Shown here in pieces: positions 39,013-59,670 of a stretch of DNA of 64,000 nt (positions are counted from its first letter, which is position 1; every line of letters starts with the position of its first letter). This DNA comes from the human T2T-CHM13v2.0 reference genome, Homo sapiens. The notes beneath the pieces are model-generated. The model saw only the letters and a program-made list of their open reading frames with translations, did no database searches and was not told the DNA's origin. Both the position numbers and the translations under genes were made by a program. The stretch lies in the NCBI RefSeq assembly GCF_009914755.1, contig NC_060931.1. One strand, written 5' to 3'.

Positions 39013-41293
39013 CTTGAAAAGATAAAATAAGTGTTAGTAAGTTTAAACACGAAATAGTCTAGCATGGCTCCAAACTGCTGCAAATTAGAATCTCGAAATA
39101 TATATGATCTGGTTATAACACAACCTAAACATAAAATGAACCAATGGGTTAGAAATTATACCTCCTGATACTCAATTACAACAATTTTCTTTGAAAGGTA
39201 AATACCCATTATTGCTAACAATAACACAGAGAGAAGGAGGGTGGCTGGCTCAGTATATCCACGAACATTTTTTTCAAATTATATTTTGGTGAATCCATGA
39301 CTGAATATTTAAAAATACTGATTCAACAGATTCATTAGTTAGAAAGGCAGAAGATGCCTATGAAAAGATAATAGCAGCATATTCTAAGTGCTAAGTATTA
39401 TGCAGACAACTACTGCAAGAATGCAGAATAAGAGCTAAGCGGCTGAGATTTTATAAGCATGTGAGATAAAAAGTTGGGTCTGGCACAGGTAGGATAACAC
39501 AGAAAAGTTAAGTGGAGGAAAAGATATGGGGGCCACTCTGAAGCAATCTTTAGAGATCTCATTTTGGTACTGACTTGTAATTTAGGAGATTTTTAGGAGG
39601 GTAAGATGATTTTATCCTCTAAATCTGCGAGCCAACGCAAAGCCCCCACACATGTCCATCTTCACAGAAGTGGAGTGTGCATGTTAATATACTGAGGTGA
39701 TGAAGTATAGGCAGCTCGGATACAGTAAAGACATCCTGGTTAGATAAACCTACCTGGAGCATAGAGCACCATTATGAAATGCCTTTCTTCACTTCCCCAA
39801 GTATCCCTTCTCCAAAGGACATCCCTCTCTGCTATTTTAATCCAACAAAAGTACTTTTAAACTCCAGATAACCTTTTAATGAGTTATGAAATCAACTTAT
39901 GGAATAAAATTCAGCATTTAAAAATGGAGATCAGCAGAGTGAAACAGAATATATATGACTATATCCTATTTACGAGGGGTTCTATTCTGTAAAACTTTTG
40001 TTTCAGTTGTGTGCATACATGTATGTGTATACAAAGCCACAGTGTAAAACATATTTCTTATTTCTTATAGATCATAGTCCAAAAGTTTGAAAGCCGCTGT
40101 CTAAAATAAAGTACTTCTCTACTGCTTTTGAATACTAAATATGATTTTCATTTTATGGGTAACGAGAGACATTAAGATTTCTGAGCAGAATTTAATACCA
40201 ATCTGGCAGTTGGGTAAAGAATGCACTATGGGGAGATAGGAATGAACAGAAAACAAAGAAAATTCAATTGGTGATCAAAATAGCTCTGACCCAAGAAAAC
40301 AGAAACAGAAACATAAATATTGCCAAGAATAATTAAAAAAAGCTAAGAACAATCAAGAAAAAGCTAAGCTGTGCTAGTATTAGGTGACTATATAAACTGA
40401 ATTTCTATAAATGCTTAAAATTCAAAACTGGACAAAACCAATTTGTTAAAATATACCACTAACCTTATTTATAAATGATTCCTAGCATTAAGGAATAGTC
40501 TCTTTTCCGGTTTTATAACAGTATCCTCAGCACTGCAGCCTGCATCAACACTGCTCAGCTTCTTCTTGGCTCCCCCAAGCCATCACCACCCACCACCTCC
40601 CTCTAATGTCATAATATGTCAACTACAGGTAGAACTCAAGAACTAAAGGAAATGGCTGCTCTTCCAAAGGAGACAATGTCAGTAATAAGGATGAAATATC
40701 AGAAGATGAAGATGGCCAATAGAGAGAAGGTTACTATCCTTCAGAAAAAAGACAAGATGTCTGCCAAAGCTTCAAGAAAGGAAGTTTAGCAGGTTTTCCC
40801 TCCAAAAAAGACTGCAGTGTCCAAGAAAGCAAAATGAAAGCCCACACTTCCAAGCAACCAGTCATAGCCACAGCAGGCAAGCAGGGAGCCATGACAACTA
40901 AGGGGCATAGCCAGGAAAGCCGTCGCAATCAGAACTGATAAGCTGCCAATGAAGATGGCGAGGAAGATCAAGACGAGATGGATCTGAACCAGGAGTGGTG
41001 AAAACAACAGCTGATTCAGCTTCAGATGACCAGGAATATGAGAAAGGAAATGTCAACTAGAATATGAACAGAGACAATGAAAAAGGCTCTAAAGAAAGGA
41101 AAGTTCTCTAAAACTTTTCAGCAAAAAGTAAAGACAGGTATGAACAGGTGGGTAAGGCTGAAAATGACAATGATAAGAGGCTAAAGAAGACATAAAAAGC
41201 TTGCCACAGAAGCACCTGGAGCCAAAAACAGAGAAGGACCCAATAGAAGGCAGCCCTTGAAGGCAGGAAACAGCAACTGGAGAGGCCCCATCC

Positions 41294-41735
41294 TGGTAGG
41301 CAGAATAATGGCCTCCAAAAACATGTGTCCTAATCCCTGGAACCTGTGAACATGTCATGTCACTTTTATGTACCACCACAGGATACATAAAAGTGGAAGA
41401 GAGGCTGAAGAGAAGGTTGGAGTAAACTGACAAAGAAGGACCCAATCCAGCATTGCTGGTTTTGAAGATGAAGGAGCCACAAGCCAAGAAATGCAGGCAG
41501 TCTCCCAAGAAATGCAGGCAGCCTCCCAAGAAATGCAGGCAGCCTCCCAAGAAATGCAGGCAGCCTCTAGAAGCTAGAAAAGGCAAGAAAATTGATTCTC
41601 TCCCCTCCCACTCTGTGCCTTCAGGAAGAGTGTAGCACCTCCAGTACCTTGATTTTAAAACTAAGGAGCTAGAAAACTTCAAGGTAGTAGATCCCAGTTT
41701 GTGGTGACTGGTACACAGCAACAGGAAACTAACAC
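41294..41735 (+). mobile_element. MLT1D-like MaLR solo LTR
   Basis: Starts tggtaggcagaataatggcctccaaaa...cctaatccctggaacctgtgaa; ends gcaacaggaaactaacac. Confidence 0.85.
41484..41567 (+). repeat. 21-bp tandem repeat x4 (ccaagaaatgcaggcagcctc) inside MLT1D
   Basis: Directly visible; produces the spurious PKKCRQP repeat in ORF 41453..41635. Confidence 0.95.
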
Positions 41736-42912
41736 TACCTTCTATGGTACAGACGGACTAAAGGAAGCAGCACTCAGTCGCCGGAGCAGCATCCCCATGC
41801 CCACTTAGGGACAGATCGGATCAGTGAGTGAAAGAAGAATCAAAGGTTTGCCTTCGCTGGATTTAAGACAGGAGCAGAGGTAGAAAAGCAGGAAGGAACT
41901 AGAGACTGATGGGCAGTCTGCTGTCTGCACTATACTGGAGAAAAAAGCCACGGTCAAGAATGTGAATGTGGAAAAACAGCATCTGTAGTGGTGAATCAAA
42001 GACTCCTACAGCACAACACTTCTTACAGAGATGTTTGAGAAGGGACCGTTGCTCAAGGTGCCTCAGAACCAACAAGGCAGAGCTAAAGGTTACGAATTCA
42101 TAGAGGTTCACCTTATTTGAAGGTGCTAAAGAAGCTTTAAATCCTATAAAAGAGTTTAGGGGACAGCAATAAAGCTGGAGCTACACAGACTTTAAAAAGC
42201 TAATGCAAAAACATTACCCATCCCATGTTCTATGAAGGGTCTGTCTAAAGACACTACTACATAGGAGACTAAAAGCCATGTGATGGTTCTATACTTGCTG
42301 TAACAATCAGAGGGAAATAGATTGCCCAAAGAGTTTGGCATAACAGACTTCAACAAAGTTCTTCCAAATTCGGAGGATCACTGAAAAGAGTTATCAGTCT
42401 GAGTCATCTTCAGATTTTTATCATGCTTTGTTCCATTTTTCCATAGCCCCCATTTTGTTTCATTTTTACCCTCTGGAGCAAGGCAGCTGTATTCAATATT
42501 TGTCAGCAGAAAGGGAGAGAAGTGTGAATTCTGTGAATTACACTTTGCCCCAAAGGATTGCATCTTACAGGATACACTATAGCATAACCAGCCTTCACCT
42601 TCTTTCTACTCATTTTCAGGAAGTTATAGTGGTAACAGAAGAAGACTTGAGAAAGTGGAAATGACAGAAGTGAAAGCAATTTGTTCCTTCTCAAGCAGTC
42701 ACTGTGGACCACCAAGAAAAAGGAAGAGGAACAGAAGGCTGATGGAGGAAATGTTTTTGGTACTATTTTTAAGTTATACTCTTAAAATATTTTTACTAAT
42801 AATGGCATCATACTGGTAAATTATTTTATTATGTTGACTCTATTATGGAAGCTTAAGAAATTCTAGTTTAAATTATTTAATGCAAAAAGAAATAAGGTTA
42901 AGTCAAAGTTAC

Positions 42913-43004
42913 CTGAGAATATGAGTCACAAGCAACATCTGAAGAACAAGAAATGGATATGAGAAGCTTTCGCGGAGAGGTGGTATCCACATTACACAGG
43001 TACA
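42913..43004 (-). pseudogene. DPY19L1P1: DPY19L1-like exon, 92 nt: CTCVMWIPPLRESFSYPFLVLQMLLVTHIL(R)
   Basis: Acceptor tttttttttcAG, donor GTaact; contains the DPY19 family PPLRESF motif. Confidence 0.95.
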
Positions 43005-44081
43005 CTGAAAAAAAAATTCGTAGTATAGTATACTTGCTAAATTTACTAAGACAGACATTCCAAGTAAAAATTGCTATTTATAAATAAAATAAAATTATTT
43101 TTAACAAATAATTTAAATGGTATGTTGTAAAACAAACTACTGGACTTTATCCCATAAACAGCAAAACTAGCATGTGAGAAATATTACTGACAGAGACACA
43201 TGTGGCTTAAGATCATGTAAAGCATTAATATGAATTGTCAACAAGAAAATACCAAAAAAGATGCAACTACATCTTAAAAGGAAAGGGAGGAAAGTACCAG
43301 CAAAAAAACGTTCTGTCAAATTTCAGAATATTTTGAATTGATTATTTATCTATTGTTTGTCTTCTTTCCCATGAATTTCAGCAAAACTATCCATAACCAG
43401 CACTTGAGAATTCTTGTAGTCATCAATTTTAGTATTTTCATTCACAGTGCTGCTACAAAGGAATATTCCATTTTTGGTTTTACTTCTTTGCCTAAGCTAC
43501 CCTGGGTTGCAAAATATTTAAAAGTAGGCGGCGGAATCAAATTAAGTAACAAAAGTCCTAAAATTGTGAAGTATAAACCTTTCTGAAAAGCTCACTTTGG
43601 ACATAATTAAGCAATGTACTATCGCAGTTGTAATAATGTCATTTTTCTGTATATATACTAAATACATTAGTAAGTTCATCCTTCCATCGACAGAAAACCG
43701 CATAGAATTAAATGCAAGCAATCTGATATTATTAAGTCACACTAAAATAAATTATGTCTTTCAGTGCAAGCAGGGGTACCTAAAAGACTCCACAGAATGA
43801 CAAAGACCATGTCAGAAATAAGTGTTTCCTATATTTTAGCTCTACCTCAGACTACTGAATATTTCTAGTACTGCTATAGAAAGACTGAGTCAATTTACTC
43901 CTCTTTTCTACCGAGCCCACCATCCTCTATGAAACTGACATACATATCTATTTATGAATGAACTACTCACACAAGGGAATGCTGAAAAGATCTGATGGAT
44001 ACTCTTGTTACTGAATATTACTGAATGTCTGTTGATAATGTATACTGTTGTTACCAGAATGCAATTTTTAAAAGCTGTTAG

Positions 44082-47002
<2,921 letters not shown>

Positions 47003-48448
47003 TATGATCAAAATTTGCAAAGTCATCAGTCTGTACAAAAACAAGTATTCAAACAAGCAAGTATTCAAACTATGCAATGTACAATTTGAGAATTTTCTTC
47101 ATACGGACGGTTCCCCCACATTTGTTACCCACATTCAATGACGTTATCATTCCTCCGAAATTCGTTGCATTTAATAGCTGAAGTCACTCAGTTCAACAAA
47201 ACTGAATTACATCCTCTGAAAGTAGGGACAAGAAAACCCAATTACAGGACTGTAATGAAGGGCAAGGTCTTCTCCCTCCAAAGTTCTGAGTATATGAATT
47301 CAAATGTCCATGAAAGTGCTTTCTATTGTTTCTCCAATAACACAATGTGTTTTACTAGATCTGGTACAAACATAATTGCCATTCCAGATAATCTCATATA
47401 ATCTGAAAATAGTGAAGAGATTTGGTTTAGTCATGCCTTACGTTTCAACAAATAAATATTTTTTCTTTATCTCTAATTTTAAATGTAAAATAAAAAGTGT
47501 GACAGTTTAAAATGCCAATGCTTTTAAAGGCATTATTTTGAAATTTGAGAATTAAAGGAAATATACATGTGAACTGCTTCAAAAAAGGCTTATACAAATG
47601 TATGTTGTCTCTAAGTACAAGAAATCCATTTATTGTGAAAATAAATTCAATAAAAATCTCATGTTTCAAACTGCTAACACCTAGTATATAATTTTTATCA
47701 CACATTTCATAACACTGATTATATTGCAACATAATACTGTGTAGATATTAACAAGAGGCTTTTCTTTTCTGCTTAATAATTTTTAATCATTCACTCAAGA
47801 ATCAATAACTAAGGAATCTCAAAAATAGCTTAATTTTCCAATCTCTATTTTCAAACTATTAACTTATAATATTGGAAATACAGCATGATCTAATTGATTT
47901 ATCTTCATAACTTCAAAATAAATAGAACACCTGACTAGTGAGTTATAAATTGTGGTTAATATTAGTATCAAACAGATCATGTTTAAGATTTATTCCAAGA
48001 GTTTTTACTAGAGTTGCTATTTGCTGGATCAATCCTAACTTGTTACTATAATGTTTAGGTTTAAAACAAATTACCCACCTCTGACTGCTGCTTTTCTATA
48101 TTGATTACACTATTGCTCCATATTGCTTAATATTAACTATAATAAGGCTTTAAACACTATATTTATGAGTGCTTCCTTAAAAGACTGCTGGCACCATGAA
48201 GGTTATGCTACCTCTCTTCAGAGAATGTTACAGGTGTTAAGAATCCTGCTATCCACATAGTAACCATAAGAATGCTAGGTTTAAGAGACATGGCTTGAAT
48301 ATCTCCTGTTTGATGCTACTTAGGGCAGTCCCATTATTTAGGAAGACCCTTAGTTTGGAGTAGGCTTTGTGCATCTCAGGGCACTGTATCTTGATAACAG
48401 GTAAGCCTGGTTGCTTTCTTGGAGTTTTGGTCTATTTTTGTACCATAC

Positions 48449-48685
48449 ACAGGTTGAGTATTTCTCATCCAAAATGCTGGGACTAGAAGTGTTTTAGATT
48501 TCAGAGTTTTTCAAATTTTGGAATATTTGCATTTTACTTACTAACTGAGCATCTCTAGTCCAAAAAACCAAAATCTGAAATGCTCCAGTGAGAATTTCCT
48601 TTGAGAGTCACGTTGGTGTTCAAAAAGTTTTGGACTTTTCAAGTATTTCAGACTTCAGATTTTCAGATTACAGATGCACAGCCCG
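48449..48685. mobile_element. Tigger4a (Zombi)-like MITE
   Basis: caggttgagtatt...aaaatgctgggactagaagtgttttagatttc...gatgcacagcccg; about 236 bp. Confidence 0.8.
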
Positions 48686-49439
48686 TACTGATAAGCTGCT
48701 CAATTAACCAGTTACATATTTCAATCTGAACTTATAATACAATTTTGGCTCACACAGGGTTTAATGTGTCAGTGATACGTAAATGCTATTTTAAACTTTA
48801 CTATCTTTATAAAGAATTTCAGCTGGTTGTATGACAGAAAACATTGATCTTTTTGTCTCTGAAAATCTAAGATATCAGTATATCCTATCCTAAATTTACA
48901 AAAAACCTCTGTGAAAGCAGTCAACTTTGTTGAAAAAGCGGTGAGTACACCTCCATGTTTCCATCCATTGTTGCAATGACTCGAACTTGACCATTGCTTA
49001 TTCATCTAAAATAGAAAATATATCTGGCAAGATGTTATCAGTATCAACTCTACCACCTTTATCATGTGGTTATAAACTACACTGCTCAAGGTTATCAACA
49101 TAACCAAAATTCTGACTATAAAATGAAAGCATTAGCCAAGATATAAAGGCAATATAAATAGAAACAGAAACAAATGATTCAAATTGCACTATCAAAATGA
49201 TAATACAATGTGGAGAAATAAAAACAATTCAGGTTGCTTCTAAATTGTTTAACTTTTATATTCTGACTATACCTCCTTAGTAGAATATACTCTTAGGAGA
49301 AAAATAAGTAGAGAAATACTGAACCATACTTTGTAGGATTGTTATTGGTAATGACATTAGTGTAGTAACTCTGAAACTATTTTGTGTGTATTACAGAATA
49401 ATTTGTTTCTGGAACCTTTTTGTGTTTGAAAGGAAGTGT

Positions 49440-54060
<4,621 letters not shown>

Positions 54061-55029
54061 AACTGAAATGCTCAGTTGTGAAGGATAACCGGGAGTTAAT
54101 TAGGCAGAGGTCAAGATGAGGGGCACAGAGGCATATACAAAGCATAGGAAACAGCATGTGCAAAGGCCCTGAGGAAGGAAAAGGAATAGTCCTTTCCAGG
54201 AACTGGAGAAAGAAGGGCCAATAGGGCTGAAGCAAAACAATAAAAAACAGCCTGAAGAGTGACGTGAGACAAAACCAGAAATCCAGCTGGGCAAGGTCAT
54301 AAAAGATGTTGTAGGCTACTTTTCTATTGTAGACTGCTTTTCAAATTTACATCAGCAGATATGCTGCTAAGATTAACACATTCTATTTTTATTGAACTTT
54401 TGCAGTTACTGTAAGTTTAATATAATAAGTTCACAAATCCATAGACATACCAGTGAATAGCCTTCATAAAACTATACATCTTGTACTTACACTGTTTCCC
54501 AAATTCATGTAAAACATAATTTAAATCATGTCACTCTACTAGTCATCATCCTCTAGTGGCATTCCATCCACTCCAAATGGACCCTATAATGACCTACAGA
54601 AATCTGCTCCCACTCTATCCTACCTCCAATTATTAACTGTCTGACCTTATCTGCTATCACTCTCTGCTCCTCCTTACTACTGCCCAAATAAGCCAGTTAT
54701 TCTCCTGCTTTAAGGCAGAAGATAATCCCACATTCACATGATTGTCCACAAGGATAGGAGTCTTTGTTTTACTTATACATCTCAAGCATCAAAAAGTACC
54801 TGGAGTACAGCAGGCCAAAACCTTACCAACACTGGAAAGAAAGGAAGAAAGAATGAAAGAAAAACGAAGAGGTCCACAAATTGGTAAGAAAAGGTCTCTG
54901 CACCTTTCATTTATAAAAGATAAATTATAGTGATGTCTTCTTTGAAATGCTACTCCCTTAACTAAGAGTTTCGTGTTTGGAGAGATTAATGGGAGAATCA
55001 GGAAACTTGTAATCCTCTCTCTGCAAAAA

Positions 55030-56260
55030 GATCCACAATATTGATCTGGGCAATGATTTCTTGGATAAGACTGCAAAAGCACAGGCAAGGAAAGCAAAAA
55101 TAGCCAAATAGGATTGCGTCAAACTAAAATGCTTCTGCACAACAAAGGAAATAATTAACAGTATAGAGTCAACCCGAGGATTGGGAGAAAATATCTGCAA
55201 ACCATACCTCTGATAAGGCCCCAATATTCAAAATATATAAGGTACTCAAATAACTCAATAGCAACAAAACAACTCAATTTTTAAAATGGGCAAAGAATCT
55301 GAAGTCATTTCTCAAAAGGAAAGATACAAATGGCCAACAGATGTATGAAAAAAAAAATGCTCAGCTTCTCAAATCATAGGGGAAATTCAAATTAAAACCA
55401 CAATGAGATATCAATGTACACCTGTTAGAATGGCTATTATCAAAACAGACAAATGATAAGTGTTGGAGAGGATGTGGAGAAAAGGGAACTCTTGCACACT
55501 GTTGGTGGGAACGTAAATTCATACAGTCATTCTAGAAAGCCATGTAAGTTTCCTCAAAAACACTATAAATAGAACTCGCAATCCCACTTCAGAGTATATA
55601 TACAAAGGAACTGAAATCAGTACATCAGAGATGTCTGCACTCCCATGTTCATTTCAGCATTATTCACAATAGCCAAGATACGGAAGCAACCCTAAGTGTC
55701 CATAAAGAGATTAATAAGGAAAATGTGCTATACATACCCAATGGAATATGACACAGCCTTAAAAAAAGAAGGAAATTATGTCATTTGAGACACTATGAAT
55801 GGAACTGAAAGATACTACACTAAGTGAAATAAGCCAAGCACAGGAAGGCAAATACTGTATGATCTCAATTACATGTGGAATCTAAGAGTCATTCTCATAG
55901 AAACAGAGAACAGAAAGGTAGTTACCAGAGGCTCAGGGGAGAGATGGGTAATGGGGAGATGATCCAAGGATATCAAGTTTCAGTTGGGCAGGAGGAATAA
56001 GTTTTAATGATCTATTGCTCCGCTTGGCGACTACAGTTAATAATAATGTACTGCGTACTTCGAAATTGCTAAAAGAATAGATTTTTAGCATTCTCACCAC
56101 AAAAAATGCTAAGTTGGTGAAGGAATAGATACGTTAATTTGCTTGATTGACTCCTTCTACAATGTATACATAAATCAAAACATCACATTGTAGCCCATTA
56201 ATATCTACAATTATTATTTGTAAGTTAAAATAAATAATTTTTAAAAAATATAAATAAATA
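55030..56260 (+). mobile_element. L1MA-type 3' end
   Basis: ORF2 C-terminal and 3'UTR motifs ending in an aataaa-rich tail. Confidence 0.85.
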
Positions 56261-58599
56261 AAATCATCTCCCTGCTGAGTAACCTTGAGCCAATCTCTTA
56301 ATGTTTTAGTGCTTCCATTTTTATGATATTGGGATATTTACTACGTATCTACCATATAAGAATATTATAAGAATGAGATTGATTTCAAAGTGTTCTAAGA
56401 ATTCTTTTCCAAATCTTATATAAATGGCATAACTTTGTCAATAAGTAATTAGGAACATGTATGTTTATAGTTTAATCTCAGTTCAGTGCAAAAATAGTTA
56501 AGAAATATGGGTCAGAAATATGTTGTGGGTCATAAAAATGGGTTAATTAGATATGAACCCCAAGGCAATCCTTTCATTTACTTTGAATTACTTTTTTAAA
56601 AAGTATTTATTTCTAAAAAACACAAAGTAAGGAATTTCCTCTTCATATGTGCACATCTTTATATATGCGATTATGTTTTACATAAAACAGAATCAATCAT
56701 GCTTGGTAATAGTTTTTTTTTTAATCTTACCATGAAAAAGCTAAACAATCTTATTTCACAAAAAAAGAATTTCTAACAATCAAAAAATTGGAGAAAAATA
56801 CTGTATTCAGGTTTTTCTTAATACACATTCATGTGCTTTTCTATCAGCATGCCAAAACCCTGCACCATCAACACATGTTGTGTGCATCTTGTAAAAGAAA
56901 ACATTTTAAAGGCAAAACAAAATTGCTAGCTTTTGCCTTTGCAAAAATTCTCAGTTGTGACAGAATGAAATTTACTAAAGAAGCTTGATCAATGAAAACA
57001 TCTGCATAGTTTTTATTATAGAATGTATAACCTCAACATTACTGATCATTATTATAAACCCTTTTATTGCATTTCACAAGTTTCGGATTTGAAGGTTTTA
57101 AATGTGTTTTAAATAATTTATTTAATAATCGATTAAGCTATTCATGCTACACATTTTATAACTATTTTGTTCGGGCAAAATTTTCCCTTGTAAAACCATA
57201 TGAGGAAAAAGAAAATTTGAAAAAAGTAAACCTATGCTATCTTAGCATCTAGTGCAGAGCAAACTAAATAATGGAAATAGAACTTAAATGCAAGTAACAA
57301 TTCAGAACTATTCTTTGCAACATAAACCAATCACTCATGTGATCAAAGTAACTCTCCTAAGAAAGTAAGGTACCAATTAGTAACCCACTAGCATTTCCAG
57401 TGAGCAGTGCTCTACAAAAGCTCACTAAATACATAAATAGGTACTACCAGAGTGAATATTTCTGTCCATAGAAAAAGTATACACTTAAAAATCTGAAAAA
57501 CATAGGGTCTGAAAATCTCATTAACTAAAACCAAAATATGTTGAGTTCTCACCAATATTTTACCCAAAACTGCAGTTTATGCTCTCAATTTTAATGCCAT
57601 TACCTGTATTTTCACATGTAATTTTACATGTAAGTAAAATTATCTACTTGACTATTTCAGCAAAACTGAAATTCTAATTCTAATGATATTCGGTTTACCT
57701 TTTCCTAAAAAAGTAATGTCTAAGCATGCTTTTCAGCTACACCAAGTAGCTGAAAAGTGTCAAAAAGACAATTCATCAGCCTGAAAAGCCAACTGAATAG
57801 TCTGAATTCCATTGTTAAAATTTAAGAAAACTTTGTAAGGAATGATGTTCATGCCACATGAGTATCAAACTTATAAGAAAACTTAAGACCAAGAATTAAA
57901 AACCATAGTATACACTGAGGGTAGCACGATAGACCTTTGCGCTTTACAAACAGTGGTCTTCCTGGTGGTCTAGGTTCCAAAATTTTGAATAACCTCTTTC
58001 CTCTGACACCTTATTGTTAACACACGATGCTTCTTTCTTCCATTATTAAATGGTTATTTCCCTATTTCTTAGGTCATTCCCACAGAATCTGTGGCTCAAA
58101 GTGCTTCATGGTCCACATTATCACAATGTGCAGGATCCACAGTCAGGAAAAGCCAAATCTTTTTTTTTTTTTTTTTAAACACATACTATACCAATTAACT
58201 GATGTCATGTTGCAACCAGTTGTCAACTACTTTAGCTTTATATTTCTGTGATTCTAAATACTAAGAACATATTAGCTAAGTATCCATTAGTAACTCGCTG
58301 ACTAAAAAGAAGTCCAGCATTGACTCTGCATTATGTTTGGAGATGATTACTGTTATAGCACATGTTAAAACATGTGCATATTCAAATACAGCAGGCACTG
58401 AGTGTATAAAATGCATGGAAGGACAAAGTCACTTCACACAAAGCAAGCTGACCTTTATTCTTTTCTCCCTCATACAAAATTTATCATGAAAGAAATCTAG
58501 ACAGAGGTGTATTAGAAATTCATTTACAACTATGATTAATCTAGAAACACTGAAACTCTGAATTTACATTAGAATTTAAACCAAGTTAATTAGTCAATA

Positions 58600-58850
58600 A
58601 CAGTAATAACATAAGCTAACAATTACATAGCAGCTACCAAGTGCCAAACACTGTTCTAGGCATTTACACATATGAATTCACTTAGTCTCTGCAATAATCC
58701 TATGAGGTGGGTAACATCATTATGCCCATTTACAAAGAGGAAACTAAGGCAAAGAGAGATTAAATGACTTGCTCAGATCACAGAGCCACTAAATAGCAGT
58801 CAGGATTTGAACCCAGGCAACCTGGATCCAGGGTCTGTATTTTTTACAAT
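58600..58850 (-). mobile_element. MIR
   Basis: cctatgaggtggg...gaggaaactaaggc...caggatttgaacccaggc core. Confidence 0.85.
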
Positions 58851-59034
58851 ACTGTTGTCTTTAGAAAGCCCTTGAACACTCAAATATTTTGCAAAAAGTA
58901 CTTAAAAGAATATCAAATGTTAATACATTAAAATAAGAATACACTGTGTAGCTCCTACAACAAAAAGTTATCCCTACAAAAGAAAGTTATATCGATTACT
59001 GCCTACTTCTATTATAACTAAAATATGAGTTTCA

Positions 59035-59381
<347 letters not shown>

Positions 59382-59612
59382 GAATTGATACAGTTGATAC
59401 AGACCCACTATTTCATCAAATTACTAAGCCTAAGCCTTATATCACATAAGAAGTATAATGGTCATGAAAAGTTAACTTAAATGAATGCTAGTGTTTAAAT
59501 TTTGAATCAAAATAATAAGATTAAACATTTAAAGAATGCCATTATAGATTAAATTTAAAGAAGAAAACTGCATTTCCAGGAGTAATTCTGAGAATAGTTT
59601 TTGATTACCTAC

Positions 59613-59670
59613 CTCTCCATGACTGAAAAAGAAGCACAACACTGTAACCAGGCCTCCTAATCGGCTGCCA
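59613..59670 (-). pseudogene. DPY19L1P1: DPY19L1-like exon, 58 nt: (S)GSRLGGLVTVLCFFFSHGE
   Basis: Acceptor ttcttcttttccAG, donor GTaggt; the translation also appears inside ORF 59529..59711. Confidence 0.93.

Larger units (their letters stand above)
40520..42740 (+). pseudogene. Ancient degenerate processed pseudogene of nucleolin (NCL), interrupted by MLT1D
   Basis: Colinear, intronless similarity to recalled NCL mRNA: 5'UTR-like tcctcagcactgcagcc...gcttcttcttggctc; N-terminal gaaatggctgctcttccaaaggag (KMAPPPKE) and tcagaagatgaag; agaagcacctgga; RRM2 ttaagacaggagcag...cactatactggagaaaaa (YYTGEK); RRM3 gtggtgaatcaaa, cctcagaaccaa, gctaaagaagctttaaat; RRM4 gggtctgtctaaagacactact, agacttcaaca. 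Many indels and stops. The 3' end past ~42360 is uncertain. Confidence 0.85.

Noticed and set aside
41089-41721. 210-aa ORF with GGCLHFL repeats
   Set aside because: Antisense read-through of MLT1D and its 21-bp tandem repeat; no splice or homology support.
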